The position numbers and the translations under genes are program-made. The notes under the pieces were generated by a model, which saw only the letters and a list, made by a program, of their open reading frames with translations, had not been told where the DNA came from and did no database searches. A stretch of 64,000 nt of DNA from Amphiscolops sp. MND2022 (Eukaryota): positions 5,272,001 to 5,336,000 of the forward strand of contig OZ076409.1 in NCBI GenBank assembly GCA_964187785.1, written 5' to 3'. Positions 1 to 12,957 of the stretch are shown piece by piece. The first letter of the stretch is position 1; every line of letters begins with the position of its first letter.

Positions 1-1864
1 CAAATATTTCCAAGGCAAATACTTTTTATACCATTTGAGATTTTGAATTTTAAAAAATAATGAAATTAGGATCAAACCGTCCACAAAAAAATGGGACGAT
101 TTTTTTTCGCTTTCATTTCCTTATGAGGAAAAAGATACTGACTCGGCCGAGTTTTTTTCACTTTTTACCAGGTTTCAAATTTTCACCCAATAGGAGAAGG
201 TTTTGTCACGTAATTCAACGGCAAAAATAAATGCTTTAGGCAAGTTTGGAGGAGAAAATTTCGTGGAACTCATCAGCCACAAACTTGAACAATAAAGCAA
301 ATGGCTCCAGGGAAAACATTTTCATAGAGAAATCATCAGCGTTTTCGATCGTTAGATCATTTTTTGTAAATTTTGTAGTGTACCGATTACGCTCGAGGGC
401 TGAAAAATATTACAGGAATACAGAAAACGAAATTCAAACTTTTCCAGAGGTTGAAACATCATTTTTACCCTTTCACTGACATTTAGTTCGAGTAGAAAGG
501 CTATCATGCCACTGTGTTGTGAAAAATTTACGCAATCCTTGTCCGAACTCGTTTGCAACGTTCTTCAACAAGTGGGGGTGGTTTTCTCTGAAAACGACGA
601 GTTTCGATTCATTTTAATTTTTATCTTCAATTTTGAATTGCAAAGGAGAGATGCAATTTAGCCCCGAAATTGACTTCACGCATTTTCGTGCCGTCCCAAT
701 GTTTGCTTTTTTGGTTATTCGGTATTCATCTTTTTTCCCACCCCTAGATTGTAGTGAAATTAACCCAAGACATTCCGTGGCGTTTTTCGCATTCGTGTAG
801 CCGTCGCACAAAGAACACCTCGTATTGCAGTATTTTTCCGATTGTAGAAAATCTTAACCTTGTCCCAAGATCTTGCATATTCTTACATATTCCCGTTTAC
901 TCTTGAAAGTCTTGATAAGATGTTGTTTATTCTTGCTTCACACAAACCTTCTGAAGTATTTGATGGAAATATTGGTAACAGTCGTATCAAGAGTGTAGAG
1001 TAAATCAATTTTGTTTACAATTACTTTGCTCTTGTTCGCTTTACAAGCTACACCATCATTCTTTGAAATGTTGGTTATTTGACAACCCAATGTACGGAAA
1101 TCCAGTACGTGATAGCTGGGTTGGTAGTTTGAACGTCTCCGACAAATTAGGTACACTGATCAAGCCGTACTTGACGTAGGTTTTTGTTTCTTTTCATTCA
1201 CCTTTGTTATCTTTTCTCTTGAAATTTTGGGCAAGATCTTACAAGATTGTACTTCATCTTGCGCTTTTGATAACCACCTGGCCAAAATTTTCACGAAGGG
1301 TTCACGAAAATGCAAAATTGTTATCAAGAGTTTCAAACAATTTCATACTGGGTTGCGGCTAAATCGTCTTGAGACCGGATCACTGTTTTTTGAGACCGGA
1401 TCCGAAATCGATCATTGATTTGAATTTTTCTCGTTTGTTTTACTTTCATCATGAATGGCTTTTAACGGTTGCCTCCGTCAAAGAACGTCAAGGAAGAGGG
1501 CCAACTTTTTTATTATGGCCATTGGTCTCCATATTTGAATCGTCGTCGATCTAGTTTTCCGTTGCGGTCGATTCTTCTCGTTAATGCTCGGGAAGACATT
1601 TCTACATACTTCACTGGAATGGAGAAGCTTCTCGCGGGTTTTTCTGCCTTCTGCCGGACTTTTTTGCAGATGCTGATGAGTACAGTTGTCTGTGCCAGAA
1701 ACCGTACAGCTTTTCGCCAGCTTTATGTTGCAAACTGGCTTTGCTTTCAGTACAAAAAATCTGGTCGCCATTACATTTGGAACGGAATGTGTCTTCTTCG
1801 TTTGCGACTGCAATCTTGATTGTTTCTTTTTTCTCCATGTGTGTATTTTTCTCCAACCCCGGCG

Positions 1865-2290
1865 TTTTTAGTCGGCGCTTTTCGTAGAAAACGCAGACTG
1901 TAGTAGTGACTTTTCTTGTTTTTTAAGACCAACGAAGTGACAGATTTCATAAGCTTTATAAGCTGACTTGCTGCACTAACACTAACTGCCACTCTACACC
2001 TACTGCCACTTGGCATAGAGGTTAATTAAGATTTTTTGAGGTCTGCCAAGCAGAAGGACGTGGGTTCGAGTCTCGCCATTGGCCAATTTTTTTGTGCATG
2101 TTATTTCGGCTTTGTGATATTTTTTTTTGCGGGTCCCTCCTTCAGTTTTTTGCAAAAGAATGGATGTTAAAAAAATGCCAAAGACCCACCTTTCACATTT
2201 TTCGGCAATATGCGACTTACCAGAGACTTCGAAAAAAAATACGAAAAAAACTTCGGTAAATAATGGTATATTTCTTTACAGATTGTCAAC
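1865..2290 (+). mobile_element. HINE-like 5' end and internal fragments with a tRNA-like head (~2025-2085)
   Basis: TTTTTAGTCGGCGCTTTTC at 1865; B-box GGTTCGAGTC at ~2063; GGGTCCCTCC..GAATGGATGTT. Confidence 0.45.
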
Positions 2291-2917
2291 AAAATTTCTA
2301 ATTTTGTCTCCGAAAATTTCTTCACAAAATCCAAGTCTCGCTAATTCTCTATGCTGACTCAAGTGAAAGGTACTGTAGGGTACCGTACTACCTTCAGACC
2401 ACTGTGTAATCCAATTTGCCTCTTTCTTTCTCTCTTTTTTCCTTCTTCTTTGTTTGTAAGGTTCTATTGGACTCAAAATTTGATTTTCCCTTGTTGGAAT
2501 TCCCGGAACTTTTTGTATGGTCTTCAAAGGTGCCAGCAGTTTTTAATACGTTCTTCTGAATTTCTTACGGAACATTTTTCCCTGTTGTATTCAGTTTTTA
2601 TTAAGCTCCTTGAAAGATTCCTTTAAAATTTGGTGGAAATTTCAAGCCTTGCAGTTCTGCAGGGGTCGTTATGCATCAATTCTAATATTGAATGCAACTG
2701 AGGCGTTGACAATTTTGCCGCCATTTAAATGTAAAATAACTTCAGTCACGTCATTAATTGCAAACTAGTGTCATCTTTACTTGAGACGTGGTTATTAAAT
2801 CAGCCAAATAGATCAAAAAATGAAGTTTGGAAACATTGTGACCGTGTCGGTAACGGAAAGGGGATTTTTCAAACAGTTGTGGAAAACTGATTTTTGTAGG
2901 TTTTATTTAAAAAATAC

Positions 2918-3015
2918 CTTGCATGCAGGCCTGCAGCTTGTAAAAAGTTCGAGCAGTCTCAACTGGGGTGTCCAATACTTCCACATAACTCTCAGCAGCT
3001 TTAATCTGCTTCGTA
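2918..3015 (-). other. Possible exon of an unidentified (perhaps decayed) minus-strand gene
   Basis: TTCTGATTCTAG acceptor, open frame TKQIKAAESYVEVLDTPVETARTFYKLQACMQ, AAG/GTATTT donor. Confidence 0.3.
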
Positions 3016-6000
3016 CTAGAATCAGAATGAATTTTGCCGAATTTTTTAAATCAAAAATCAGTTAGTTTGCATGAGCACAGCGCCATGTCGTAGTTAGGCA
3101 ACAGTTGTAGTTGAGAGTCAAGTCGTAACAAATCCCAATCTCGTCGATTGTTTCCTAGCATGCAGCTAACTTGTTGTTTTTACCAGCCCTACGATGACTG
3201 CAGGCTGGGAATGTTATCAAGAATAGCCACATTGTGGTTCCAGTAAGAACACAACTTTGTGATATATTGCCCAGGCCACATTGTTTTATTTTGCTCAAGC
3301 CTAAAAGGGTACTTTTGGTTGTTGCATTCGGCACTATGAGACGTTCATGAAAAAATTTTCATGGAACCAAAACGTCTTTCGTTTCATTGTTTTTAATGTT
3401 CTCACTCAATTCTAGCCAAATTATCATCGTTTTCGCCGCTTTTTTTGATTTTGTAAGGACGAAGGCAAGAAAGATAATTTATCTTGTCTTTCCATTGTGG
3501 TACTTTATATACATTTTTGCATCAACTAATTTTCATAGACTGTTTCAATATCAAAGGCCACTTTTTGTTTTACAATAGAAGTTACTGATTTTTGTCTGAA
3601 GACGTATTAGCCGAATATACGAAAAATACCACCGAAGTGAAATTGCTACACTTGTTTTGAAATCAGTTTTACAAACTACAGTAGTGTCACAGATTCTAAT
3701 AAGAATATGATAGTTTGCCGTTTTTCAAACTTTTGCCTGTTTCGTCATTTTTGAAAAAAATCCACATCTTGAAAAAAAAACAAACTTTGGTTTATGAAGC
3801 CGAGTTCAGTTAAAACGCAGTCCATAAAAATGTGTTCAGTTATGGAATATTGGGTTATAACCTTCAGTCATAACTCATATAAGCTCTACTAAACTATAAA
3901 TCCATCAATGGAAATCCGCCACTTTTGACACTTTTTGATTTTGTCGGGCAAAATTATTGCATAAGATTATTGCTTTTTCTTGAAAAATTGCGCAATCTTT
4001 TTTTCCACCATTGACAGTTTTTTAATCTTGGTTTTAAAATTGTTGCATTACCTTAGAGTCATTCATCAATCATTAATGGAGCTCATAAAAATGCTTTTAT
4101 GGAGTCAAATTGGGAAAATTACCTACTTTTGAAAATGTCATCAATTTTTTTTATTGCTCATGGCAAATCTAATTTATTTTTCTCCAATTTTATTATCTCT
4201 TGTTGCCATGAGGCCAGTTACCAAAAAGGTATCACGGTGTTTTTCAAGTCTTGAAATTTTCAAATTTGTATCTTGTGATAAAACTGAATCAAAAACACGA
4301 ATTTTTCTGATTTTTCTCTTTTAGTCTGAAAGCGTGCTTTTGTTTTTCATACACTTTGCCGCCTCTCTATTAAGTTGGAAAATTCGATACAGGTGCTTGT
4401 TTACAAATTTCTCAACTTTTCAACTTGGCTCTTTTCTGTTCAAACTTTCATCAGACTTTCATCAGTACCGTTCCGATTTCAATACGAGTAGCCGTTTTTG
4501 TCTCTTTGGTATTCGACGGCGTGATTGTCTTTTTGTCGGGATCGGTGGCGCGATCCTGTAGTCCCAGCTGCTTGGGAAACCTAGGTTGTGGGATCGATTC
4601 CCTCAGTGGGCAAGTGTCGTTTGGTGGGCAATGTTGACCTGGTGTCCACACTGAGCTCTATGTCGACATGGATTCATTGCGCAAGTGGTGTGTGCAGGGC
4701 GGATAATGAGAGGCGACTCGGCCCAGGGAGGAAACTCAGCAGGCAAAAGTCTCCGCACGGAGCGGTGGTTGGTTGGATAGCACCGGCGAATGGGCACCCT
4801 TCGACACCCACTGGGAGAATCGAAACCCAATCTTTTGATCCTCTTTCTGAGTCATCAAACATGTGAGAGAATTCCATGGAAATTATTGATCATGGCCAAA
4901 TCAAAGCCCATAGCTATTTCAAACCATTTTAGAAGTGTTATAAAAACAATTAAAAGGGTTCGATATAATAGAATGAGACCTTCAGAATGAAACCTTCCAT
5001 GTTTTATGAAATTGAAACCATATACGCCAAAGAAAAGGATTTTCTTGAGGCTGAATATATACATCAAGCTGTAAATTATTTGCGGCTTGAATTTTTTGAG
5101 CAATCATTTTGAACATCTGAACGTCCTAGCGCGCAATGTAAACCTTTAAAATTTTTTAAAAACAATACGGAAAACAATGGATGCGTTCAGATGTCGAAAA
5201 CACATTTGAGATTAATTTGGTTGCTTTGAACTTTTGAAAGTTAAAAAATTTATCCTTGTCATCGATTCCATTTTACAAAGCCCTCTTACTTTATCAAAGT
5301 GAATTAACTTTTTCTATAAATTCATCGCTTATAATTTCAGTCACACTTCAGAGATTAGAAAAAACGTGGGTAAGACAAAAGAGAAGAATAAAAAAGCAAA
5401 TTGAATATATTGATGTCAAGTTCAACTGAATCCTTGAAGAGGGCGATTTTCATTCCTTTGGGAGTGACTGATTTCTGTCGTCTACGCAGTTTGACAAAAA
5501 AGTAGAATTTCCCAAATTTATAGAAATCCTCACTAAAATTTCAAATGGAAGTTGAGTCAACCCTTCAAAGTCCAAGAAAGTAGAAATAATAGCGAATGAT
5601 GACAATTTTAAATCAAAACTTTCCCTAAATTTATATCAGTCGACTTATATGGACTCAGGTAAATTTCAGCATTTTAAAAGTCATTAATGTTTCAAAAAAG
5701 GGCTTTTGGTAATTTTTTGCTTCCCCTCTTACAAGACTTGTCGAAACTTGTGAAATTTTTGAAAAAATAATTAGAAATTAGTTGGTGGTTTGCGCTAAGT
5801 ATTGGTAAAATTGATATGGTCCAGTTTTAACTAAAAAAGAACTAATGCATATTCAAACCTACAAACTTTCTAGGCTTTAAATTTCCGCCAAATTTTGAAT
5901 ACTTCTTCAGACATCTTGATAAAAGCCTAATACAACAGACAAATCTGCAGCTTAAAAGGTTCTGTCAGAGTTTCATAAAACCTTGATAAACGTGCGTAGA

Positions 6001-7101
6001 ACCATTCAATAAATAGTATGTAAAAAGTTCAAAAGTTTAGACTATTTCAACTGGGGATATATTTTGGAACCTCGCATTACTCGAACGTTTTTTTTTCAAA
6101 TCTTGTCAATTTTGTGTAAATATTGAAAAATAACCATAGCCTAGATGCTTTCTCTTTGAATTTCAGCAATCTAATCGAAATAAAATTTGAAAAATTGTCT
6201 GAGGAATTTTAAAAAAAATTATTGTTTACTCATCAAGTTAAAATTTACTTTCTATATGTGTCAGAAATCATGTGTCGCAGCTCGTTACTAGTTAATACAG
6301 TTAATACGGGCGTGTGAAAACATCCATTTAAAGACATATATTTATAAATTAATAACAATCTTCTATCGCTGTGTCGGCAGCTTGACCTCGAAATCAACAA
6401 TAACCAATTGTTTTGTTTCCCTGGAAAAACCCGCAATTTTCGCATCCACGGGGTTAAATGGAAGTGACGGCGTGTAAATTGAATCGCAGAGACTCCCCTT
6501 AGAATAAAGTTACCTCCATTTTCACCCACTGGGTGCTAAAATGCAGCCCTCACCTTCAATAAATCAGGCGGGAATAATTGTGAACACATTCCATTAAAGT
6601 GACAAAAAACAGACAAAAATGATGGGAACACATGTGGCTTCAGACATATTGTGCTTTTACGACAGTCTCCATAGATTCATCTTTACTTAGTTTCTCAGAT
6701 TTTTCTGGAGCAAATGCTTTTTTTATCAAAAACTTGTCCTAAAAACAGGAAAAAATTGAAATCAGAAATGTACGAAATGCCAAAAAGTTGCTTAACAACC
6801 GCACTCTTCCGGAAACAAGAAATTATGTTGAAACACTTTATTCAGAATGGTATCCAGAATTTATGATGTGTGCCAAATGTCCTTGAAATGAATTTCACAA
6901 AGTTGATGTCCAAAATTTCCTTGAAGTTCAAAATTGAGTTCATCAGGAAAACTACCAGATCATAACTTGAGTTTTATAATTTTCCGCCCTCTTTTCCACA
7001 ATTAATTCTGTAAAGGGAGGAAAATTATTATCTGTGTAGTGTTTTTTTCCAAATTCTGCCAAATCTCCACTTTGTTACTCCATTTAGTATGTGGATATTT
7101 T

Positions 7102-7175
7102 AGTCACGGTGGTCCAATTGCTTTTGCGTCCTCCTGGCAGAGAAGAGGTCTTTTGTTCGAACCCAGGATGGAGCT
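7102..7175 (+). mobile_element. tRNA-derived SINE-like head (degenerate)
   Basis: AGTCACGGTGGTCCAATTG..GCGTCCTCCTGGCAGAGAAGAGGTC..GTTCGAACCC aligns with the 61635 copy. Confidence 0.5.
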
Positions 7176-7367
7176 CGAATTGGTTGTGGCGGAAAATACC
7201 CCTGTGCTTAGCGGGCGTCTTGTTATTATTTTTGTTCGGCGCTTCATATAATAAAAGTGGCTCTTTTCTTTTCAATCCACAAATTCCTAAATAGTTCTAC
7301 ACGTTTTACAAAACTTAAAGGGGCCAAATGGCCAAATCAACTGAAACGGTTGATCTTTTTTAGCGTA

Positions 7368-7636
7368 ACATACAAGACCGATTAAAGGGTCTTTTCATTT
7401 TTTTCGAGTCTGAGATATTTTTTTCAATGTCTCCAAAGGGCCCCCTTCCAATGTTTTTGATATTTTGCAACAGAATGGATGCTAAAAAATCCCCAAATCC
7501 CCCATTCTTAGCGCACCAGTTCGGTCCAACTTTTGGGTTTTCGGGTACTGTAAAAGAGAATACTTGACACTTTGAGATCCTTTTGCTAGATTTGAGCCTT
7601 AAGTGCGGTGCCGACTTATGTTGTTCCCGGCTCGTT
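7368..7636 (+). mobile_element. HINE/DINE-1-like element, 3' part
   Basis: CAGAATGGATG..GTACTGTAAAAGAGAATACTTGACAC..GTGCCGACTT..CCCGGCTCGTT. Confidence 0.6.
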
Positions 7637-10600
7637 CTGTACTCTATCAACCTGTGCTTTTTTCGAGGACGACTTTGGAATAAAGTGAAAGTTTTTTTGA
7701 CCGTTTCTTTGACAATAAAACAAACAAAATAATCCAAAGTCGATGCCCCGCTTGAGTCTCAAAAGTCTCAAAGGGTATTGCAATTGTTGTCGCTTTTAGG
7801 AAATTTTCTTATACTTCAAAGTCGCAAAAAATACAGAGGGGCAAACTGCGGCCCCGGAAAACACTTCTACTGTCAATCGAATCATCAAAAAATACCAAAA
7901 TTGATGATAAAAATTTCCGAAAAAATGCACAGTGCCGAAAAAAACAAAGATGGGAGCGTTTGACACGTCAAAGGTTTGGAAAGAAAGATATTTAGTCCTA
8001 AGCAAGCTTCGAACCGACAACCGTCTGCATCGGAAGCAGCCGTTCTACATCACTGGCTGCGTTGACAAACTTGCGGCGGGAACAAAAATCTGTTGAAAAG
8101 TGAATAATTTGCATACATCTTGTGCTCTTACGAAAAAATTTCCGAGACACCAGTCACTGCAATAGTCGGGCAGATTTTCTCATCAAATGCGCCGACTAAA
8201 AAATTTCTTTGCAGACCTATAAAAAACATCTATACTTCTTGTCTAAGGAGAAATATATCGGCGGCAGATGAGATGAAAGATGTCGTGTCAATCTTGCAAG
8301 TTTGGCGGCCGAAATCGCAGCTCAGCAATCAAATTACTTTGCTATTTAAGTAAATAATAGCATAAATGCATTGGATTCATTTGATGTCAGAACATCCAAG
8401 CACTCTGTTCTGTCAATTATATCGACATACGGTTTTTACCGCCAGTAATATTTGAATTTGACAAATAGCAAAAAGTCATATTAACCAAGCACTTTTTGAC
8501 TCAAAGCCCAGATGAGAAGTTGATTGAGCAAATTGTTATTCCTATCTCTTGAAAATGACAAAACTATATAATTCGTATTATATACAGAATAAATTGTTAA
8601 TATATTTATATTTTATAATATTATTATTAAATGTATATAGAGCTTATCTGATGTACAATTTAGACAAATCAGAATCGTTCTATATAAATGAAAATTATAT
8701 TTTAAAAAATGAAATTAAAAATGAAAGAAAAAAACAGCTTGAAGCGTCAGCCTTAGTCGGAGGTAATTGTGTTTTTTTACATCTATTGCACATTTTCAGA
8801 CGATGTTTTGCAACAGTTTTGCAGATTTTTAGTATCTTTCAGTTTGCATTTCAGCATCGCGCTTCCTATTTTTTGCAAATTTATGTTTCATATGCGGCGA
8901 AAATGAAAATACTATTTTAAGACATCAACAATCATTTTTAACGCCATTATCTATCTCGCTCACGATCAACAACGGATAGTCAAGCTAAAAAAACTGAAAT
9001 AAATCCTACACAGTAAAAAATCTAATAAATTCTTTTCTTATCTAGTCCTTGAATATCTCGGAAGTACTGTAAGCTGTGTTTTATCTTGCAACCGAGTAGT
9101 TTCAGGCAATTTACAGCATTCAGTATTCCACCCATTCCCTAATGGCGTACAAATGGGATAAATTTATCCCAAAAAATTTTTTTAGCGCATGCAAGTTCAA
9201 CAGCAAATTCTGTTCGCAAATACAGTTCATCTGTCGCAACCTCTACCGAGTTTCTGTCTAGCATACTAGCGAGTTGTTGACAAACAAACTCAAAAGAACT
9301 CATTCATTTCACATTTATTTATGCTGTAGACTTTTTACTAGTACAGTCGCTAGACAGAGAAACCTATTTTAGAAGGTAAATGGTCACTTGGCCTAAAAAC
9401 ATTTGGCTTGAAATCATTTGGCTTAATACATTTGGTCACTTGGCCTTCAATTTCTGACTTTTTCCTACATTTTCTACAGTTTTTGGTTGTTGTCATCGAC
9501 ATGAAGATCAATGACTTGTTCGATGCAATGAGTTTAAACAGCGGCTTAATTACCTTCGGAAAATTCAGGCAATTTCTCTGAAAAATATGGGGAAAATGAT
9601 GATTCGAATTTTGTCGACATTTTCATTTGCAGTTATGCAAGAGTTTCTGGATACAATTTTGCTACAATACTAATTACAATATTTGTTTAGAAAAAAAATC
9701 GATCCAAAAAAACTTCTGTGGAATGAAAGATAAAATGAAGAACAAAAAATGAAATCCGCGACCTGCTACGACCGTAGCTTAAAGCAATGTTATATTCTAA
9801 GGTTATAATAAAACGACGGGTATACTAAAATAAATGTTCAATTCACGCTAAGCTATAAAATAAACCTTCTCTACTGTCTAATTAACGTCTATCTAATTAA
9901 CTAACTGTATCCCCTAAAAACCGATCATCGCCAAACGGTAATTACTGCTAATAGGGGTACATATTTCAAGGACTGTGGAGTTAAGAACAGTTCATTTTCA
10001 GTTTAAACCAGAGCCACTAATGACATGACTTCAGGCTCGTTTTTCCTAGAATTATTCAAAAGGTCATAGTTTTGCTCTTTGCGAGATGCGAAAAGTAATT
10101 ATTCGCCCAAAGTGCTCAAAAACCATTAAACTTGCGGAGTGATTGTTTCCGAAAATTTCCATCTGACTTGATGTAGTGGAGTTTCCTACACTTTTGAAAA
10201 AAAAGTTTCACAGTGCGGTTGATGGCCAAGAATTGAATTCAAATTAACAGGCGTTAATTCTGTTCAATTTTTTTTCGAATACAACAGACATAAGTCACTG
10301 AGTACAAGAAAAAACGTTTAGAAATTCCTTTAGGAGCTGCTTAAACGGTTACAAGACACGCCCGTACTGACAACCCATGGTAACCCACCACTGCCCATCG
10401 GTGGACCACCGGTGGAGGCAATATTTGGATAATCAGTCATAATATCCACCGGTGGTCACTGGTGGAAATTTTTTCAAAGAAATAAATTGTGAATTATGGA
10501 AAATTATTAAAAATTATTATTTCATTATGGAATCAAATTTAAATTCTCAAAAACTTACTTCTGCACTCAAGACGTTCTGCAGCAATTAAGACTATTTTGG

Positions 10601-11599
10601 CACCGCGTGTACGCGAGTCGCGATGTAGGCAATGGTGCAGAACAAATATAGCTAACCCTGGTTGGAACTGCTTGAATTTTTTTACATGTTTTTGTAGTTT
10701 ACCAACCTAATTTTTAATGATTTTATAAAATTCTCAAAGAAAAGTCCATGCAACAAAACTTCACTGATTCGATATAATTTTATCAAGCTGCCTATAGAAT
10801 GCATCCTAAATTTGGCGGCAATTTTGAGCCGCAAAGTTTTATAGGTTTCATTAAGACGCCGTCCTAATTTTGAAAGCAGCTGAGACCGTCATCAATTTTA
10901 CCGCGCTTTCAATGCAAATAAACTTCAGTCACATTATAAGTTTCAAAGTAGCGTCATATTCAGCGTGCTATCTGACTAACGGTGATTACATTAGATATCT
11001 ACTTCAGAAACTTACGCGTAAAAACAAAGTGATCGCGGTGGTGAAGAAGTGGAAATGTTTTGAGTTTTAATTGAAATAGTGGAAGCTGCATTGTAATCCT
11101 ACAAAATGATTCCATGCAGGATCCCGGAATTTTCCATGTTTTGTAAAAAAAATAGCCTGCATGTTTCCATGCAGCATGTGAAAAGTTCAAGCATTCTCGA
11201 CTAGGTATCTAACCACCATCTAATATATACATTTATCATTGGTGATTGAAAAAAGTAACTGAAAATATGTAATTCAATTCTGACGATTGCTGTTTACGCA
11301 GTTCGCGCCATTTTGAAAGAATTAAGGTCAAGAGCACACGCAACCAGAAAGAAGCAGACAGTAAACTGAATACTGCGGATAAGATGTTAGACATAAAATT
11401 AGCAGGTGCTAAATACACCTTTTGTGCAGTTCCTGGATTCCTTTACTTCAGCAAGACGCTACCTTAGATAACCCAAACTGCCAGGCTGAGTCTTGTTGCC
11501 TTATTAGTTTTCTTGGGTACTTGGAGCCCCAACTTGTCAGGTGTGAGGAAACTGCCATGTTATTGTGTTGTTTTGTTGATTGTTGAAAGTGACTTTATA

Positions 11600-11922
11600 G
11601 TTAAGCTCGTGAGCTGCTGTTACAACCAGATGTTATTCCACTTCAACTGGGTTTCCCCGGCAAGTGGAAATCATTTCTCTTTGCATCGTTTTCAGAGGCT
11701 ACCGGTGGATCTGGTTAGGCAAAATGCCCGTTACCTTCAGCGATCAAAAACTTGGACAGTTCAAAGGATATCCACACGAAGTGGTACCCCCTCCCAGCAC
11801 TCTAAGGAGTCAAAATATGCCTATTAGAAAATGCGTGCCCGTCCCGTACACAAAACTCCATCACTCTAGGTTTCTCCCACACTAGTACACAATGTCTAGC
11901 TACACGCCAGCTTGCCGTTATA
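11600..11922 (+). mobile_element. Diverged solo-LTR remnant related to the Gypsy LTR (5' boundary not determined)
   Basis: GCTCGTGAGCTGCTGTT vs GCTCGAGAGCTGTTGTT; CATCGTTTTCAG vs CATCGATTTTCAG; shared small ORF; ends CGCCAGCTTGCCGTTATA vs CGCCAGCGCTTATCGTTACA. Confidence 0.65.
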
Positions 11923-12181
11923 ATATAATGATTATAATGGGATGGCATTTTTTCCTTTCTGGCGGCAAAAAGAAGTCTTTCAAGTCTATTTTGCTATCTG
12001 CCCGGTTGTGTTGGGATTTAATAAACTTGAGAAGATTCCGTGAATACTTTGTTTGGATTTTTATTATTTTTAGCTAAACTATTTATGAAAAATATACAAT
12101 TTAGACACAATACAAACAATCACATTGACTTTTTTATTAAGAATTACAGACGCAAAACATCGTGTACTTAAAATTAGGCTA

Positions 12182-12925
12182 TGTAACGGCAAGCTCTGGT
12201 ACAGCAATATCAACCAACTTTGCAACTTCGACATGTTTAGAAAATTTTGTCAAAAATTCGTTCAAATTTGACGTGGCACTCAAACATGCTCAAGACGAAG
12301 TACCTGCCAGAAAAAGCACCCCAAAAAAGCAGAAATCGCCGCTCGCGACGAACAAGCACCGGAGACGACTAAAGAGACGTCCCCAACGCAGACAGAACAC
12401 GGTATTGTGTCAATCTCTAGGAGATATCCATTACTACAGTAAAGGAAACCAGTGTTCCAGATGTTCGCCTGAGTATCCCTGCGGTATCCTGTGTGGCAAC
12501 TAGCGCTAGCGCTGGGAACCTGAAGTCAATTTTCATCAAATGACTCTGAACTCTTGATTTCTTGTTGTATTTTTCGATGTGGTAAATTAATACGCTCGAG
12601 AGCTGTTGTTTAACATCTGTTTATCCAATTTGGCGATTTTATCAGATTCTCCAATATTACGGTTCAACCTTCATCGATTTTCAGCCCAATTTTTAAAAGC
12701 TAGTTGAGCAGTGGTCTTGAGTCTTGCAAGATGCCTGTTACTTTTAGCAGTTACAGACTAGGACCAGGCCAGAGAGCGTCCTACAAGACGGTTCCCCCAC
12801 CTTGGGACTGGCTCCTTCGGAGGGAAAATGAGCTAGAGCCGCGGAGATCTAGGTCCCAGATTATATTCGCTGTTCTAGTTCCTCCACTCTACGTTGCGGT
12901 TCAAGCGCCAGCGCTTATCGTTACA
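12182..12925 (+). repeat. Gypsy 5' LTR (744 bp)
   Basis: Begins TGTAACGG and ends TCGTTACA (7-bp terminal inverted repeat). Matches 30346-30745 plus 52656-52999 with about four substitutions by eye. Confidence 0.96.
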
Positions 12926-12928
12926 TAG
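12731..12928 (+). CDS. Candidate LTR-encoded 65-aa peptide (MPVTFS...VPPP); second copy at 52805-53014
   Basis: Peptide motif shared with the ORF at 11724-11885, with synonymous codon differences. Confidence 0.5.
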   Translation: MPVTFSSYRLGPGQRASYKTVPPPWDWLLRRENELEPRRSRSQIIFAVLVPPLYVAVQAPALIVT

Positions 12929-12940
12929 AAACTCATTTTT

Positions 12941-12957
12941 TGGCGACCACAGAGGGA
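12941..12957 (+). promoter_or_regulatory. Primer-binding site, probably tRNA-Arg
   Basis: TGGCGACCACAGAGGGA resembles the complement of the 3' end of metazoan tRNA-Arg(TCG), TGGCGACCACGAAGGGA. It lies 15 nt after the LTR. Confidence 0.7.

Noticed and set aside
900..2016. Short minus-strand ORFs resembling a decayed gene or transposase
   Set aside because: Fragmented across frames with no diagnostic motif.
4425..4877. GC-richer island with overlapping short ORFs, possibly a host exon
   Set aside because: No single frame spans it and I recognise no domain; strand and frame cannot be assigned.
10375..10468. CCACCGGTGG palindrome cluster
   Set aside because: Short and isolated, with no termini or TSD; probably a repeat fragment I cannot classify.
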